A stretch of DNA of 64,000 nucleotides, from NCBI RefSeq assembly GCF_006345805.1, contig NC_043007.1, forward strand, positions 41,912,001-41,976,000, in the 5' to 3' direction. The stretch comes from Octopus sinensis. Taxonomy: Eukaryota. Below, piece after piece: positions 49,626 to 63,402 of this stretch. The number at the start of each line of letters is the position of its first letter. Position 1 is the stretch's first letter. The notes beneath the pieces were generated by a model that was not told the DNA's origin, searched no databases, and saw only the letters and a program-made list of their open reading frames with translations. Position numbers and translations under genes: made by a program.

Positions 49626-50042
49626 TATATATAAATGTGTATGCATGTGTGTTGTCTGTATTTGTTCCTCCCACCAATTGACAACTGATATTGGTTTGTT
49701 TACATTCCCATAACTTAGCAGTTTGGCAAAAAGAGTCCAATAGAAATTATACCAGACTTTAAAACAAAATTACCAGGGTTGATTTGTTTCACTAAACTGT
49801 CCAAGGCAATGCCTCTAGCATAGCCATAGTCTAATGACTAAAACAAGTAGAAGATGAAAGGTAAAAGACTGAGCAGGCAATACCTCCTTCACAAATGAAC
49901 CAACAAGGGTACAGTATGTGGTCACTCAACCTGCTAGAAATAGCAGGCCAATTTTTTCCCATTCACACCCAAATCTATTAAAAGTGGAAGGGCACATTTC
50001 ATAATTACTTTATGAAAAAAGAACAAGACAGTCAAAAGTGAA

Positions 50043-50081
<39 letters not shown>

Positions 50082-51105
50082 AATTATTGTATACAGTGCT
50101 CAGGTGCACCACAACTTGTCAGAAAGTGCATATAAAGTACATGCAGTAATGTAAAAATGTCTGGAAAGCGAACAATGTATGAGTCAGATACATGCTTGTG
50201 TGTGTATGGAGGGGAGAAAATCAGGTGTAGTGTTGGCGAATCTCAGAAAGCATGGAAGTTTTGAAGGATGCAGTGCTCCGACAACTAACAACTGATGCCA
50301 GCAGTTTGTTCCATGCTTCAGCAACTCTCAGTGTGAAAAAATGTTTCCTGAAGTCATGGGAGCTGTGCTGTTTTCTGATTTTGTAAATATGTCCATGGGT
50401 GTTAGATGGGTGGAGTTTGAAAAGGTGCTCAGAGTTATTGTTTGTACGATGGTTGATAATTTTATGGGTGTCTGCCAAGTCAGCTGCCAGACGTCGGAGT
50501 TTCAATGTGTCCATGCCCAGGGAAGTAAGGCATTCAGGATATGGCAAATGCCTGACGGAGGGTATTCTTTTGGTTGCCCGTCGCTGAACAGCTTCCAGAC
50601 GATTGATATCCTGGGCAAGATAGGGGTTCCAGACCGGTGATGCAAATTCCAGGTGAGGTATTACCATAGCTATATAAAGCCGCAGATAAATAGCCGGAGA
50701 GCGGCTCACAAAGGATTTGGTGAGTGATGCCAAGACACCCTCAGCCTTCTTGACAATTTTAGCGATGTGTTTTGTCCAACTCTGTCGACAATAACACCCA
50801 GGTCACGTTCACATGAAGACTTTTTGAGACTAGTGTTGTGGAGGGAGTAGGTGGACGCTGGGTTTCCCCTCCCAAAATGCATGGTGGTACATTTGTCCAC
50901 AGCCAGCTTGAGTTGCCAGTCCATGATCCACTGCTGCATTGTGTCCAGGTCTGCTTGCAATAGAGATCTATAGTGTACAGGATTTGACCTCTTTATTTTG
51001 AGGTACAGCTTTATTTTGAGGTACAGCACTGTGGCATTCTTTAAGTTGGCATCTATGTCATTAACATATGCAACAAATAAAAGGGGGCCAAGAACAGATC
51101 CCTGT
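50043..51105 (-). mobile_element. 5'-truncated CR1-group LINE with (TTA)n tail
   Basis: GSVLGPLLFVAYVND, LQADLD...W.MDWQLKLAVDKC, ERDLGVIVD, PHLEFASPVWNPYLAQDINRLEAVQRRATKRIP, FFTLRVAEAWNKL. Confidence 0.88.
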
Positions 51106-52492
51106 GCAAGGGCAGAAGCAATAAATATTCAATGGTAAGAAACTCGGATTCTATAGTAAAAATGGTAGAATTAAATAGTAATTGACTTACAGTTTTCAGT
51201 TTTGTCTAATAATATTCTTATTTCAGATAAAGGGTGTAGTGAGTCAGGAAAACTATTTTTGTTGTTGCATCATAGCAGAGTTGTGCAACCACATACTCCA
51301 GCCAATCGGGGCTGGGCACATATGAATACTAGAGACAGTTCTCTACCCATGAAAAGAAGTGGGAGTTTTAATTTAGATAATAGGTAGACAGCAGAAGAGT
51401 AACAGCTGTCTTTCGACATGGAACAGCCACTTTGTCTTGCACACCAACTTTGCGTTCGCTAGCTCTGAATTATCCCAAATCTCTCTTTCAAAGTGGAACA
51501 GCTCTTTGTTTTTTACATCAACTTAGCACAGCTAACTCTGAATTATATCAGCTCTTGCTTTATACAAATTCCATATTTTAAATGTAAGTGATAACAGCTT
51601 TACCCTGACTCACACACACACACCTTGTTACACATCTTACTACTTGTCAGCTCTTGTTATATAAAACATATTTTCATTATAAAAGTTATCTTCTGATATT
51701 TTTTCCTTTTACCGATTTTCACACTACAAATTAGCAGACATAAATAATGCTCTCACACTAAATTACCTGATGCAATAAATGTACCCATACTCAATTGGTG
51801 ATTTTCTACAGGGGTAACATTAATTTTCACTTTTCATCTTTTCCATCACTTGTGGGCCAATAAAATAAGTACCAGGCACACATTTTGGAATCCTTTCAAC
51901 TGAGTTTTTTTTATTCCTTACAGATTTTTAGCACTGTATACAATAATTTCATTATTATTATTCAACAGTGGCATGTATCTAGCACACCCAGAACCATACT
52001 TTCCAGATATTGAAACTACATTAGTCACGAGTCAGGTGGGATGGAAATTGCACAGGTTATATGCCCCTCCATGTACCCTTCTGTGTCTAATCTATACTAG
52101 AGTTAGTACTAGAGTCACTTCAGAGAATTATAGCTTCACTTCACAACAATTAAGTATTAAGCTCATGTAAGATGCTTATAATATTGCTCAAGCACAGGTG
52201 TGGCTGAGTGGTTAAGAAACTTGTATCCCAAACATATGATCTTGGGTTCAGTCCCAGTGCATGGCACCCTGAGTGTCTCCTACTGTAGCCCCAAGCCAAC
52301 CAAAGCCTTGTAAGCAGATTTGTTAGTATTTTGCCATGGCCAGACAGTTTTTCACTGGGCCTTGAGCAGTCCAGAACTATTTTAGGAAGCACTTGCTCAA
52401 GGTCCCACACAGCAGGACTGAACATGAAACCATATGATTGGGAAGCAAATTTCTTAACCTCACAGCCACACCTATGTGTGCATACACATACA

Positions 52493-52534
<42 letters not shown>

Positions 52535-54189
52535 ATATATATATATATATAGATAGATGAGAGAGAGAGTTACACACATACGTGTGTGATTGTGTCATGT
52601 TGACACTACAACAGGCTGTGTAATGACTGAAATCAGTAGAAGAATAAAAGAATTTAATGTCTAGTTTGCTGACTCATTTCTAAATCTTTCTACAGCTGGA
52701 ACCTAAATCTATCAATATCTTACTTTTGTGTCTGCACTGTTTAACTGACAATTATGATAGCCACTAGTATTGATTAACTGTTACTACTGCTGTTTAGCCT
52801 CAATATCAGTGCTGATCAAAAGGTATTTTAGCCATAATTATCCAGTCTTATATTCAAACATAGTGCAGCCAGGATTACCTAATGTGCCCTTTATTTTATT
52901 TTATTTTTTTTTTTGTCCCTGAGACACCAGTGTGTGTCATTCCAGATAACTCATGATAAGATTGTGGTTTCAATTCCTGGACCAAGCGATGTGTTGTGTT
53001 TTTGAGTAAAATACTTCATTTCAGCTAACAAGGACCAGCATCCTGTCCAAATAAGAAATATATATGCCATGGAAACAGGCTCTATGAGTCTTTATGACTT
53101 GAAAAAGATCTTTACCCTTTTTTTTTTTTATTTATCCATGTGGCTCTTGATTTTCTTTTTCTTCTTTTCTCATTCATTTTGCCTCCAATATTCAGTTTCT
53201 GTAAACAATTTATTTTTTTAATTAAATCTTCATAAATATTTTAGTTATCTCTTTTTGAATTTATTTAATAAAACTACTTTTAGTCTTTTGCTATTCTCTG
53301 TACTACATCAGGATATTACCAAGTCTTCCATATGCCAACATGTGAAAGGCAGATAAGCTATTTGATAATACTTTTGTTATTAAGCTCCAAAATGTAGAGT
53401 GTACCATACATAACATTCTAATAACTTTTGGATAAACAGTGACAAAATGTCTGCAACCTTTTACTTGTTTCAGTCATTGGACTGCAGCCATGCTGAGGCA
53501 CCACCCCGGAGGAGTTTTGATTGAATGAATCAACCTCAGTACTTATATTTTTTTTAAAGCCTGGTACTTATTCTAACCATCTCTAAAGCTGAACTGCTAA
53601 GTCAGAGGGACTTAATGTAACATTGGTTATCTAGTGATGGAGGGAGAGGGGGACACAAACACATTCACAAACGGGCTTCTTTTTAATTTCTGTTTACAAA
53701 ATCCACTCACAAGGCTTTAGTCAGCCCATCACAGTGAGACTGAACCCAAAACCATATGTTTGGAAAGCAAACCTCTAACCACACAGCCACGTCTGTACTA
53801 TGCTGTTTTAGACTGAACATCATTCTTTTATAAATATTCCTGTGTTAATGTGAAAGCAGCAAAAGGCCGAAAACAACAGAACACTTAGAAACAAGATATA
53901 AAGAAAGGAAAAAAAAGAAAGACTTACACAGTAATATATCAAACAGTGTCTTTATTTTTACCAATTTTTATCAATGATTTTAACCATTTCAGGGAGAGTA
54001 TTTTTTCATATTTTATTTTGGCTGCCATAAAGTGAACAATAAAATTAAAAGACAAAAATAAAAGGAATGAGTTATCAAATCTATTTGTGGAAAGAGTAAC
54101 AAGTTTGCACAGATTGAGGGTCATGGTGAGATAGGAAGTTGATATTTCTTTTCATTTACAATAAATAATAATTTCTAATATAAATGCAG

Positions 54190-54780
54190 GATCTTAAATT
54201 TACAGGAGAGATATAATTAGTTACTTGATGAGAACTTCACTTTCCATCCCCAGAAGGATGGAAAGTAAAGCTAACACAAGTGTAATTTGAACTTGGAACA
54301 TAAATGACCATAGCTAGATATGGCAAGGTATTTCCTTTTGTTTTTCATGCTCTAATGAGTCTTCTAATAATAATAATACCTCCTGACTTGGGGCACAAAT
54401 TTACAAATTTTGAAGAGAAAATAAACAGTCACCTCAATCCCAGTATGTATATCTTATCAGTACCCCCACCCACCAATAGAAGGAAAGAAGGTAAAGTCAA
54501 CCATGGCTGTATATGAACTCAAACTGTAAAGAGACATGATCAGATACTGCAAGGTATTCTATCCATCACCCTTTATAATAATAAAAATAATAATAATGCT
54601 TTCAAATTTTGGCTCAAAGCCACCAATTTTAAGTGGGAGGGTATATTTAAGCAATTACTTTGACCCCAGTAAGGATGAAAGGCAAAGTCGACCAGAGCAG
54701 CATTTGAACTCAGAACGTAAAGATAGACAAAATGCTGCTAAGCACAGTAACGATTTTGCCAGCATATCACCTTAATAATA
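54190..54780 (-). mobile_element. Three tandem degenerate family A SINEs downstream of the ALDH6A1 stop
   Basis: Repeated aaggatgaaaggcaaagtc...tttgaactcag with aataataat spacers; a similar triple in plus orientation at 62810-63360. Confidence 0.7.
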
Positions 54781-54881
54781 ATAATAGTAATTATAAACTA
54801 ATAATGGGTGCAGTCTTGAAATTTCTTCCCCACCCCGTCAAAAAAAATAAAATTTCTGCAAGACAAGGTATAATGTCACAT

Positions 54882-54983
54882 CTATCTCATAACAGGCATT
54901 GCAACAGTGGCTTTTCCTCCAGTGGCATCATCTTCCCGCCACATTTGTGTAATGGTTTTCACTTGTGTATAGAATTGCATGCC
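54882..54983 (-). CDS. ALDH6A1: ALDH6A1 last coding exon
   Basis: cag|GGC...TAG; 102 nt, GMQFYTQVKTITQMWREDDATGGKATVAMPVMR*, matching the MMSDH C-terminus. Confidence 0.95.
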   Translation of the reverse strand, partial: GMQFYTQVKTITQMWREDDATGGKATVAMPVMR

Positions 54984-55040
54984 CTGTAATAAAAAGAGAA
55001 AGACAAAGATAATTAATATATATGAGTGTTCATGTAATAG

Positions 55041-55350
55041 AGATGGGGGAGGGAGAGGGAGAGGGAGGGAGAGAGAAAGGGTGAGAGATACATAGAGGGG
55101 TAGGGGAGACAGAGGGGAAGAGACAAGGAGGGAGGAAGAGAGAGGGATAGAGGTGGAGATGGAGAGGGATAGAGGTGGAGATGGAGAGGGAAGGAGGGAG
55201 AAAGAGGGGAGAAGAGGGGGAGAGGGGAGAGAGACAAAGAGAGGGGGAGGGAGAGCGAGGGAAGAAGGAGGAGGGAGACAGAGAGAAGGGAATGAGGGAG
55301 ACAGAGAGAGGGGAATGAGGGAGACAGAGAGAGGGGAGGGAGAGAGCGAA
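55041..55350. repeat. GA-rich polypurine tract in the last ALDH6A1 intron
   Basis: Almost exclusively G/A on the plus strand. Confidence 0.9.
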
Positions 55351-56431
55351 CGAGAAAGTTCAAAGCCATGTGGTAAAGAATTTCCATTTGTAATAAGATT
55401 CTGGGTTCTGTCTCAGTGCAACATTTTGGACAAGTTATTTCCACCATAGCTTTTCGAACCCAAGTATTACAAAGGGAATTAAACAGACAGAAACTGTAAT
55501 TCAGAGATAACTATTATCTCTCACACTCTCAGGATGATTCTGCCCAGGGATTAAGTTAGGAGTACAAGTGTCTGTGGAATACACAGCCATTTACACCAAA
55601 ATATAATGGATAAGTAGCAGAGTTAATTAAACAACTGGAATACTTGTTCATTAAAATCACCCAAAGATTTCATTTTATGAATATATTATACTTTAGGTGT
55701 AGCTTGCATAGGTACTGGAATGGCTGTGTGGTAAGAAGTTTACTTTCCACTCACATGGTTCAGGGTTCAGTCCCACTGTATGGCATCTTAGGTAAGTGTC
55801 TTTTATTTTGTTACCTTGGACCAAACAAAGTTTTGTGTAATGGATTCAGTAGACAGACACCCATTGTGTGTGTGTGTGTGAGTATGATGATAAATATTAT
55901 CATCATCATTAATGACCCTTTTTCTATGCTGGCATAGGTTGAACAGTTCAACATGAATAGACAAGCTAGAGGGCTGCACCAAATTCTAATATCTGTTGGC
56001 ATGCTTTCTATAATTGGATACTGTTCCTAATGCCAACTAAAAAGCAGCGTGCACAAGGTGCTTTTAGGCTTGTGTGTGTGTATGTGTTACTTTCTCCTTG
56101 CCTTGACATCATGTGATAGTTGTAAACAAGTGTCACCTTCAGTACTAATCAATTATTTCATTGACCCCTGGAAGGATGAAAGGCAAAGTCAACCTTAGCT
56201 CCTGCATTTCACATGGAATTTTTGGTCCTTCAAACACATCTTGGTGTATAACATGACCTACCTTCTTTGGCTGTAAATTTTGGTCTGAAGAATTTGATTT
56301 GTATGCCAGAAAATGTAGTAACTAAATAGCACAAGGACTTTTGTCCACCTCTCTACAATTCAATGAAAATAATGGTAATGGGGGGGGGGACAAATAATGC
56401 TCCATTAAGCCTCCATCAAAAATCTGCTTAC

Positions 56432-56530
56432 CTGTCGTCCATAGAAATGGGTGTCACCCTTGAATGAGCCTCGTGATCCCGTAAAGGAAAACATTGGTAA
56501 AGGAACAGGTATAGGAACATTGACACCAAC
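56432..56530 (-). CDS. ALDH6A1: ALDH6A1 exon
   Basis: cag|...|gtaagc; 99 nt, [33 protein letters not shown]. Confidence 0.97.
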
Positions 56531-57075
56531 CTGAAAAAGATAAAAATTTTTATATATATATGATATGTCAATCCGACCTCCTCCTATGCCCCTTCCCCTC
56601 TCAAAGATTCCTTGTCTTGCAAAGTTAATTGGTGACCCTGCAAGTGCAGGTGCTAATTAAAAATGCACCGAGTCCACATTGTGACGTGGTTGACATCTGG
56701 AAGGGCATCCAGCTGTAAAAACCATGCCAAAACTGACTGCTTGTGCAAGTATCACATAAAAAGCACTCAGCCCACTCTGCAGAGTGGTTGATGTTAGGAA
56801 GGGCATCCAGCTGTAAAAACCATACCAAAACAGACACAGAAGCATGGTGCAGGTTCCTGCCTGGCCAACTCCTGTCAAACTGTCCAATCCATGCCAGCAT
56901 GGAAAGAGGACATTAAACAATGATGATGAGGCATGATTGTGTGGTTAGGAAGCTTGCTTCCCAGTCATGTGTTTGGGGTTCAGTCCCACTAATACCTTGG
57001 GCAAGTGTCTTCTGCTATAGCCCAAGGCTAGCACAAATCTTGTGAGTGGATTGGTTGACAAAAACTGAGAAAAGC

Positions 57076-57123
<48 letters not shown>

Positions 57124-57125
<2 letters not shown>

Positions 57126-59060
57126 CATTTAGCGTCCACTTTCCATGCTAGCATGGGTTAGATAGTATAACTGGAACTGGTAAGCTGGGGAGCAGTACTG
57201 GGTACCAGTGATTTTGGTTTGGTTTCTACAGCTGGATGCCCTTCCTAACACTAACCACTCCAAGAGTGTAGTGGGTGCCTTTAACTTGTTGCTGGCATGG
57301 GTGCTTTCTCAGGTCACCGGCACGGGTGCTTCTTCATGTCAACTACAATTTCATTTGAGTCTTCTCAAGCATTGCTAATTGCCAAAAGGTCTCGGTCATT
57401 TGTCATTACCTCCATGAGGCCCAGCATTTGAAGATCATGCATCACCACCTCATCTCAGGTCTTCCTGGGTCTACCCCTTCCACAAAGATCAGCACTTCTT
57501 CACACAGCCATCCTCATCCATATGCATCACATGATCATACCGGTACAGTCGTCTCTTGCACAACATATGATACCTTTTATGCACAATTTTTCTCTCAAGA
57601 TGCTCACACTGTCATACATGCACACTGACACTGCAAATCCAGTGAAGCACACCAGCTTCATTTCTTTCAAACCTTTGCATGTCCTCTGCAGTCATAGCCC
57701 ATGTTTCACTGCTGTGTAGCATGGCTGTTTGCACACATGCATCATTCAACCTGCCTTTCACTCTGCAGAAGAGACCCTTTGTTACCAACAAAGGTAGAAG
57801 CTCTCTGAACTTTGCACAGCCTATTTTTATTCTAGCAGCTATGCTCTTGGAGCATCTATCTCTACAGCTGACCTAGTCACCTAGATAATGGAAGCTATCA
57901 GGTATCCCTACTGACATTTGATGGAGTCTATTTTCTGCACATTTCTAGTGTTTATTGTACCTGTACATCTGCCATGTAAAAAGACTATTTTCTCTGTAAA
58001 CCTTCCTCCAATAATGCTGCACCAGGTACATCTTATGGAGTTTCTACCATGCCTTTTCTACATATCAAGTAGGGCCATCTACCTGAAGGGATTTTGTGAT
58101 TTGTCTGCTTTCTTACTAAGATTTTGGATTTTGCTAAATTAACTCATGACAGCATGGAAAACAGATGTTAAACGATAATGATGAACTCAAAGGCCCTTCA
58201 ATTCAAGACTTTGCTTCCATACCTGAAATTTCTTCTCTAGTTCTGGTAGTGATTCAACTATAAGAACAAGGCAAGGCCATCAGCATAGAAGAGCTCCCAG
58301 GGGCAGCCAAACTTAAATTCCTCTTTTATTGGCTGGACAACTATGATGAACAAGATGGGGCTCAGGACTTATCCTTGGTGGACCCCTACCAGGAATTCTT
58401 CACTATACTTGTTGCCAACCCTCACCTTACTGACAACATACCTGTACATGGCTTGTACAGCTCTCACCAACCACTCATCTATCCCTAGTTTCTGCATTGA
58501 CCACGAGATGAGTGGAGGACCCTGTCAAAGGCTTCCTTCATGTCAACAAAAGCCAATTAGAGATTTGTTTTTGGCTAGGTAATTCTCTTGCAGCTGCCTT
58601 ACGAGGAATATAGCATCAGTGGTGCTTCTCTCCGGCACAAAACCAAACTGCATCTCATCTAGACTAACTCTAATTAGTTGGATTATGATCCTCTCTGTAA
58701 CTATCATTACCTGATTCAACAATTTGATACCTCTGTAATTATTTCTGTTTCAGGCATCACCTTTACTTTTGTTGCAGTTGACTATGGTGCTGCTACACAA
58801 GTCATTGGGGAGGACTCCCTCATGTACAACCTGATTGACTGTACAAGTGACCAGACCATAACCCACATCACCAGATATTTTAAGCATCTCGACGGTGATT
58901 CCTGATGGCCGAGGTTCCCCCCCCCCATCTTCATAGCTTTATCTACCAACCTACAGTCTATGTGGATAGCTGGTCCCTCCGTTGGATCCTCATTAGGCAC
59001 ACCCTCCTTCTTCCATGAGTTCTCTACATTGAGCAGCCATTTGCAGTGGCACTTCCAAGT
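57124..59060 (-). pseudogene. Degraded RTE family copy in an ALDH6A1 intron
   Basis: Collinear with 11909-14700 (EDPTEGPAI, PGPSG, QFGFVP, ELFYADG, PHD remnant at 57960-58085, 3' UTR), with many indels. Confidence 0.82.
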
Positions 59061-59394
59061 TTCTCTCACACACACATCTATGCATATATCTGTGTCAATC
59101 TTTTTGTTTATCCCATCACCCCTTGGTCTGACAACTGGTGTTGGCTTGTTTAATGTCCCTGTAAAATAGTGGTTTGGCATAAGAGATTGATAGCATAAGT
59201 ACCAGGCATAGAAAAAAAAAAGAAATACTGCAATTGATTCGTTCAACTAAAACCCTTCGAGGCTGTGCCAGAGTATGGCCACAATCCAATGAATGGAACA
59301 AGGTCAATACATTTGCTTGACAACATAAATAAAAATATTAAAAAAAAACATCAAAGATTTACCAAAATTAAAAAAAGATATAGATCAACCTCAC

Positions 59395-59574
59395 CTGTCC
59401 AACATCAATTTCATTTACATATTTGCGTGCCGTAGCACCATTAGTGGTGAATATAGCTGTTCCGTTGCCATAAGGATTATTGTTAATGAATTCTATAGCT
59501 TCATCAAGGGTATCAACACTTAAGGAACATAAAACTGGACCAAAGATTTCCTCCTTGTAGCATTTCATATCAGG
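59395..59574 (-). CDS. ALDH6A1: ALDH6A1 exon
   Basis: aag|CCT...CAG|gtgagg; 180 nt, [60 protein letters not shown] (EEIFGPV motif). Confidence 0.97.
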
Positions 59575-59989
59575 CTTTTAGGAATAAGAGAAATAAAGAG
59601 AGAAAGAAAGAAAATTAATAAACTATATCAAGATGGAATCAACAAATGGCATAAGACATATTACTGTTTGTATATCATCATCTTTGCAAAGACAATAATG
59701 ATGAGGATAAATACATATACATATATGTGTATGTATGTGTGTGTGTGTATCTATATATAAAGAAAATTGCTAACATCTTATATAATTTCACACGTGCATT
59801 GTTTGTTTTTGTCAAAAACAGTATATAGGGTCAGTTGAGGACTGTTTGTGAGAAAAACAGCACCATCACACAATTCACTCTGCTAGAAATTTGGAAACAA
59901 TATGCCGTATTGCTTGGCATTCATACTAGAAGCTCCAATGCTAAAAGATGGTGAGCACACAGAAAAACAGTTGGCTTGCCATAGAATCA

Positions 59990-60522
59990 AAACATGTACC
60001 AAGAATGATAAAAATCAAACACCCAGTCAACATCATGGTGTCTGGAGTGATCACTAGTGATGGCGACATTATGTCTCCATTCATCTTCAAAGAATGGCCT
60101 CAGACTCAATACAGAGGCCTACATCAAATGCCTAGATGAGGTAGTGCTGCCCTTGATCAAGAGAGTGGCTGCTGGAAAGCTCTATGTCTGGCAAAAGGAC
60201 TCTGCACCATACTGACACTGCACATCCAACGAAGCACACCAGCTTCATTTCTTTCAAACCTTCGGAGAACACAATCATGACTGTGAGACAATTTCCCCAA
60301 AATCTGGCCACCTAACTTCTCAGACTGCAACCCTCTTGATTATGTGTAGGGCACAGTTGAGCAAGAGACCAACAAAACTCCTTGTAACACCAAAGATGAA
60401 CTGAAGGCAAGGATTATGGCAGCATTCACCAACTAAAACAAGGAGACTGTCCAGACGAGTTTCAAAAGATTCTGAAGTCGTCTGGAGGCTGTGGTTGAAG
60501 CCAATGGCGATTTTATTGTATA
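59990..60522 (+). mobile_element. Tc1/mariner (maT/Bmmar1-like) transposase remnant
   Basis: IMVSGVITSDGDIMSPFIF..LRLNTEAYIKCLDEVVLP..YVWQKDSAP...WPPNFSDCNPLDY...KDELKARI...RLEAVVEANGDFI. Confidence 0.8.
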
Positions 60523-60579
60523 AATTTACTTTTTAGTATTTCAAGATATTTTTATGTAATTTGGGTAAATGTATCTGTT

Positions 60580-61015
60580 AAACTGAAATGAGATCACAGT
60601 CACACATGTCTATCCCAGTTAAGAGTACCCCTGATGCATCGTGCAATATATGCTTGGGAAGACCTGTTGAGTCAAGTAAAACCAATAATGTATCTATGGC
60701 CAGTGCCCCCTGACTGGCTCCAATGCCAGTGGCACATAAAAAGCACCAACCAAATGTGGCCGATGCCAGTACCCTCTGACTGGCCCGTGCTGGTGGCATA
60801 TAAAAAACACTATCCGAACATGATCGATGCCAGGCCCGCTTGACTGACTTCTGTGCCGGTGACATGTGAAAAGCACCCACTACACTCTTGGAGTGGTTGG
60901 CATTAGGAAGGGCATCCAGCAGTAGAAACATTGCCAGATCAGACTGGAACCTGACCTCAATCAAACCATCCAACCCATGCCAGCATGGAAAACAGACGTC
61001 AAATGATGATGATGA
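60580..61015 (+). mobile_element. RTE 3' UTR fragment
   Basis: Four gtggcacataaaaagcac-type units and a (GAT)n tail. Confidence 0.8.
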
Positions 61016-61355
61016 TTATGAAAATGAAATGTCAGTATTATTTTCATTTTTGCATAACTCAGATGACAATATATTCACTGCACCCTATATATCTATCTAT
61101 CTATATATATATATAAAATAAAAGTAGTTAAAATAAATCCCAGCTGTTTCCTCTTGAAGCACATTTGCTTATTCCATTATTACAATCCAATATGTAGTCT
61201 CAGTTGCTGTTGTATGTCAGTCAAAATACATTAAAATTGAGAATTATCAAAATATTATTTGCAGAGTTATTGTATAACAAAACAGGAAGATAGAAACAAA
61301 AACGAATTCTTCTTTGTTTTGTTAGATGTTTGTAAAGCATTAGAAATATTCATAC

Positions 61356-61537
61356 CGTAACATTATGAATGACAGAGGGCCCCACAAAGTTTCCCTTTTC
61401 ATACCCAGGGACTGTGATATTTCGGCCATCTAGCAGAACATCAGCACCCTCTTTGGCACCAGATTCGATAAGATCACAGACACGATTCTTTGATTCAGGA
61501 GAAATTAATGGTCCAAGGTCAGCACCAGGTTCATGAC
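61356..61537 (-). CDS. ALDH6A1: ALDH6A1 exon
   Basis: tag|GT...ACG|gtatga; 182 nt, (G)HEPGADLGPLISPESKNRVCDLIESGAKEGADVLLDGRNITVPGYEKGNFVGPSVIHNVT; phase fits the previous exon. Confidence 0.96.
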
Positions 61538-61739
61538 CTAAAGAAAAAAAAAAATTAAATAAATAAATATTCCTACAATGTCATATCAGTGATGGGAACT
61601 TCTGGGTATAAGGAAATTCAGTACACTAGATACAGCTTGACCAAATGTTAAACTTTAACACATTCTAATATGTGATGATTCAAAACATGTTTGAGATAAG
61701 AGAGAATAAATATCGCTTGAAGAATACCTTGTTGACAAA

Positions 61740-62040
61740 TGACGGGAACCTTCTCTTTGTAGCTGGCGATTTCAATGTGCATATTGGACAACATGCAGGG
61801 GGCTTCTATGGCATACATGGAGGCTATGGTTTTGGTTCCCACAGCAAGGAGGGAACCAGGCTGCTGGAGTTCTACTATACACTCTCGGAATGGTTGCCAT
61901 TAAGAAGGGCATCCAGCTCTGGAAACTCTGCCAGATCAGATTGGAGCTTGATGCAGCCTTCTGGCTCACCAGCCCTCAGTCAAACCACCCAATCCATGCC
62001 AGCATGGAAAGTAGACGTTAACCGATGATGATGATGAAGA
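61740..62040 (+). mobile_element. RTE endonuclease fragment joined to an RTE 3' end
   Basis: DGNLLFVAGDFNVHIG..GGYGFGSHSKEGTRLLEF (APE motif GDFN.H.G) followed directly by the family 3' UTR and (GAT)n. Confidence 0.7.
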
Positions 62041-62342
62041 CTTGAATAGGAAATTCAATTCCTATCTGGAAATGACCAAGATCATGTAAACTCTACATTC
62101 AGTTACACAATTTGGGGAATGTGGATAACACAATCTTTATGCCATAGAGCATTAAATTTTGAAATTCAGAAAGTTCAATTTCTACACCAGATCACACACA
62201 ATTTTAATTTTTCATGAACAAATATAGTTCTCAAATTAAAATTACAAATGATTTTGTTTTTAAAAAGGAGACTAAAAATCAGATATAAAAGAAACATTCA
62301 AAACAAAACAAATTATAACTGAAAAAATATGAACTTATTTAC

Positions 62343-62472
62343 CTGCATTAACTTTCAGTTTTTTTGCCTTTTCTACTAATTCTGAAATCCATTCCTTGGA
62401 TTCTCCAACAAACACTGCAGTTGTTAATGCCATGCATCGCTGACCAGCTGCACCAAATGCAGCGCCAACAAG
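62343..62472 (-). CDS. ALDH6A1: ALDH6A1 exon with catalytic cysteine
   Basis: tag|...G|gtaaat; 130 nt, [43 protein letters not shown]; GQRCMA is the ALDH nucleophile motif. Confidence 0.97.
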
Positions 62473-63402
62473 CTACAAGAAGAATTAGGAAAGAAAACAA
62501 TCAGGAGTGGAGGAAGGTGACTGTTTGAGAATTTTGCATAATATGGGAATCATTCCATTTGAACAATGGTAATGCAATTGTTGTGTAGCAATAATGCTGC
62601 CTATGCAAATGCTACCACTAGTATGGAAATACTGCTGCTTGTAATGCAGGAATTCTGCCAGTCTTAGATTAGAATAACATCATTTGCCAATCTAGGATAA
62701 TATTTGAAAATCTAAGAAAATCCCATTTGCAGACTGGAGTAAAACTATTTTTAGATTGGGATAATACCATTTGCAGATGGGAATATGAAGTGATATGATA
62801 TCTGTTCTAGCTCTTTATGTTGAGAGTTCAAATCTTGCTGAGGTCAACAAGGACTTTTGTCCCTCTGTAGTCATTAAAGTACCAATCCAGTTTTGGTGTC
62901 AATAGCATCAACTAACCCCCAACCATCAAAAATTGCTGACCTTGTACTTGAATTAGTACAATTATTATCATTATTGTTGGGCCGATGGAATGGCAGAATC
63001 CTTAGTACATTGAGCAAAATGTCACACAGTATTTCAATCAACTCTATGTTCTGAGTTCAAATTTGGCCACAGTCAACTTAGCTTTTCATCTTTCCAGGTC
63101 AATAAAATAAAATACCAGTCAAGTACGGGGGTTGATTTAATTGATTATTCCCTTCTCCTTGAGTTTCAGGTCTTATATTTGTTAGAAACTATCATCATCA
63201 CCATTATTATTATTAAGGCAGCAAACTGGCAGAATCATTAGCATGCTAGACAAAAAGTTTAGCAGAATTTCTTCAGAGTTCAAATTTTGCCGGGGTCAAC
63301 TTTGTCTTTCATCCTTTCAAAATCAATGAATTAAGTACCAGTTGAGCACTGGGGTATATGCAATTGCCTTGTGCCTATAGTAAAAAGGATTATTATTATT
63401 AC

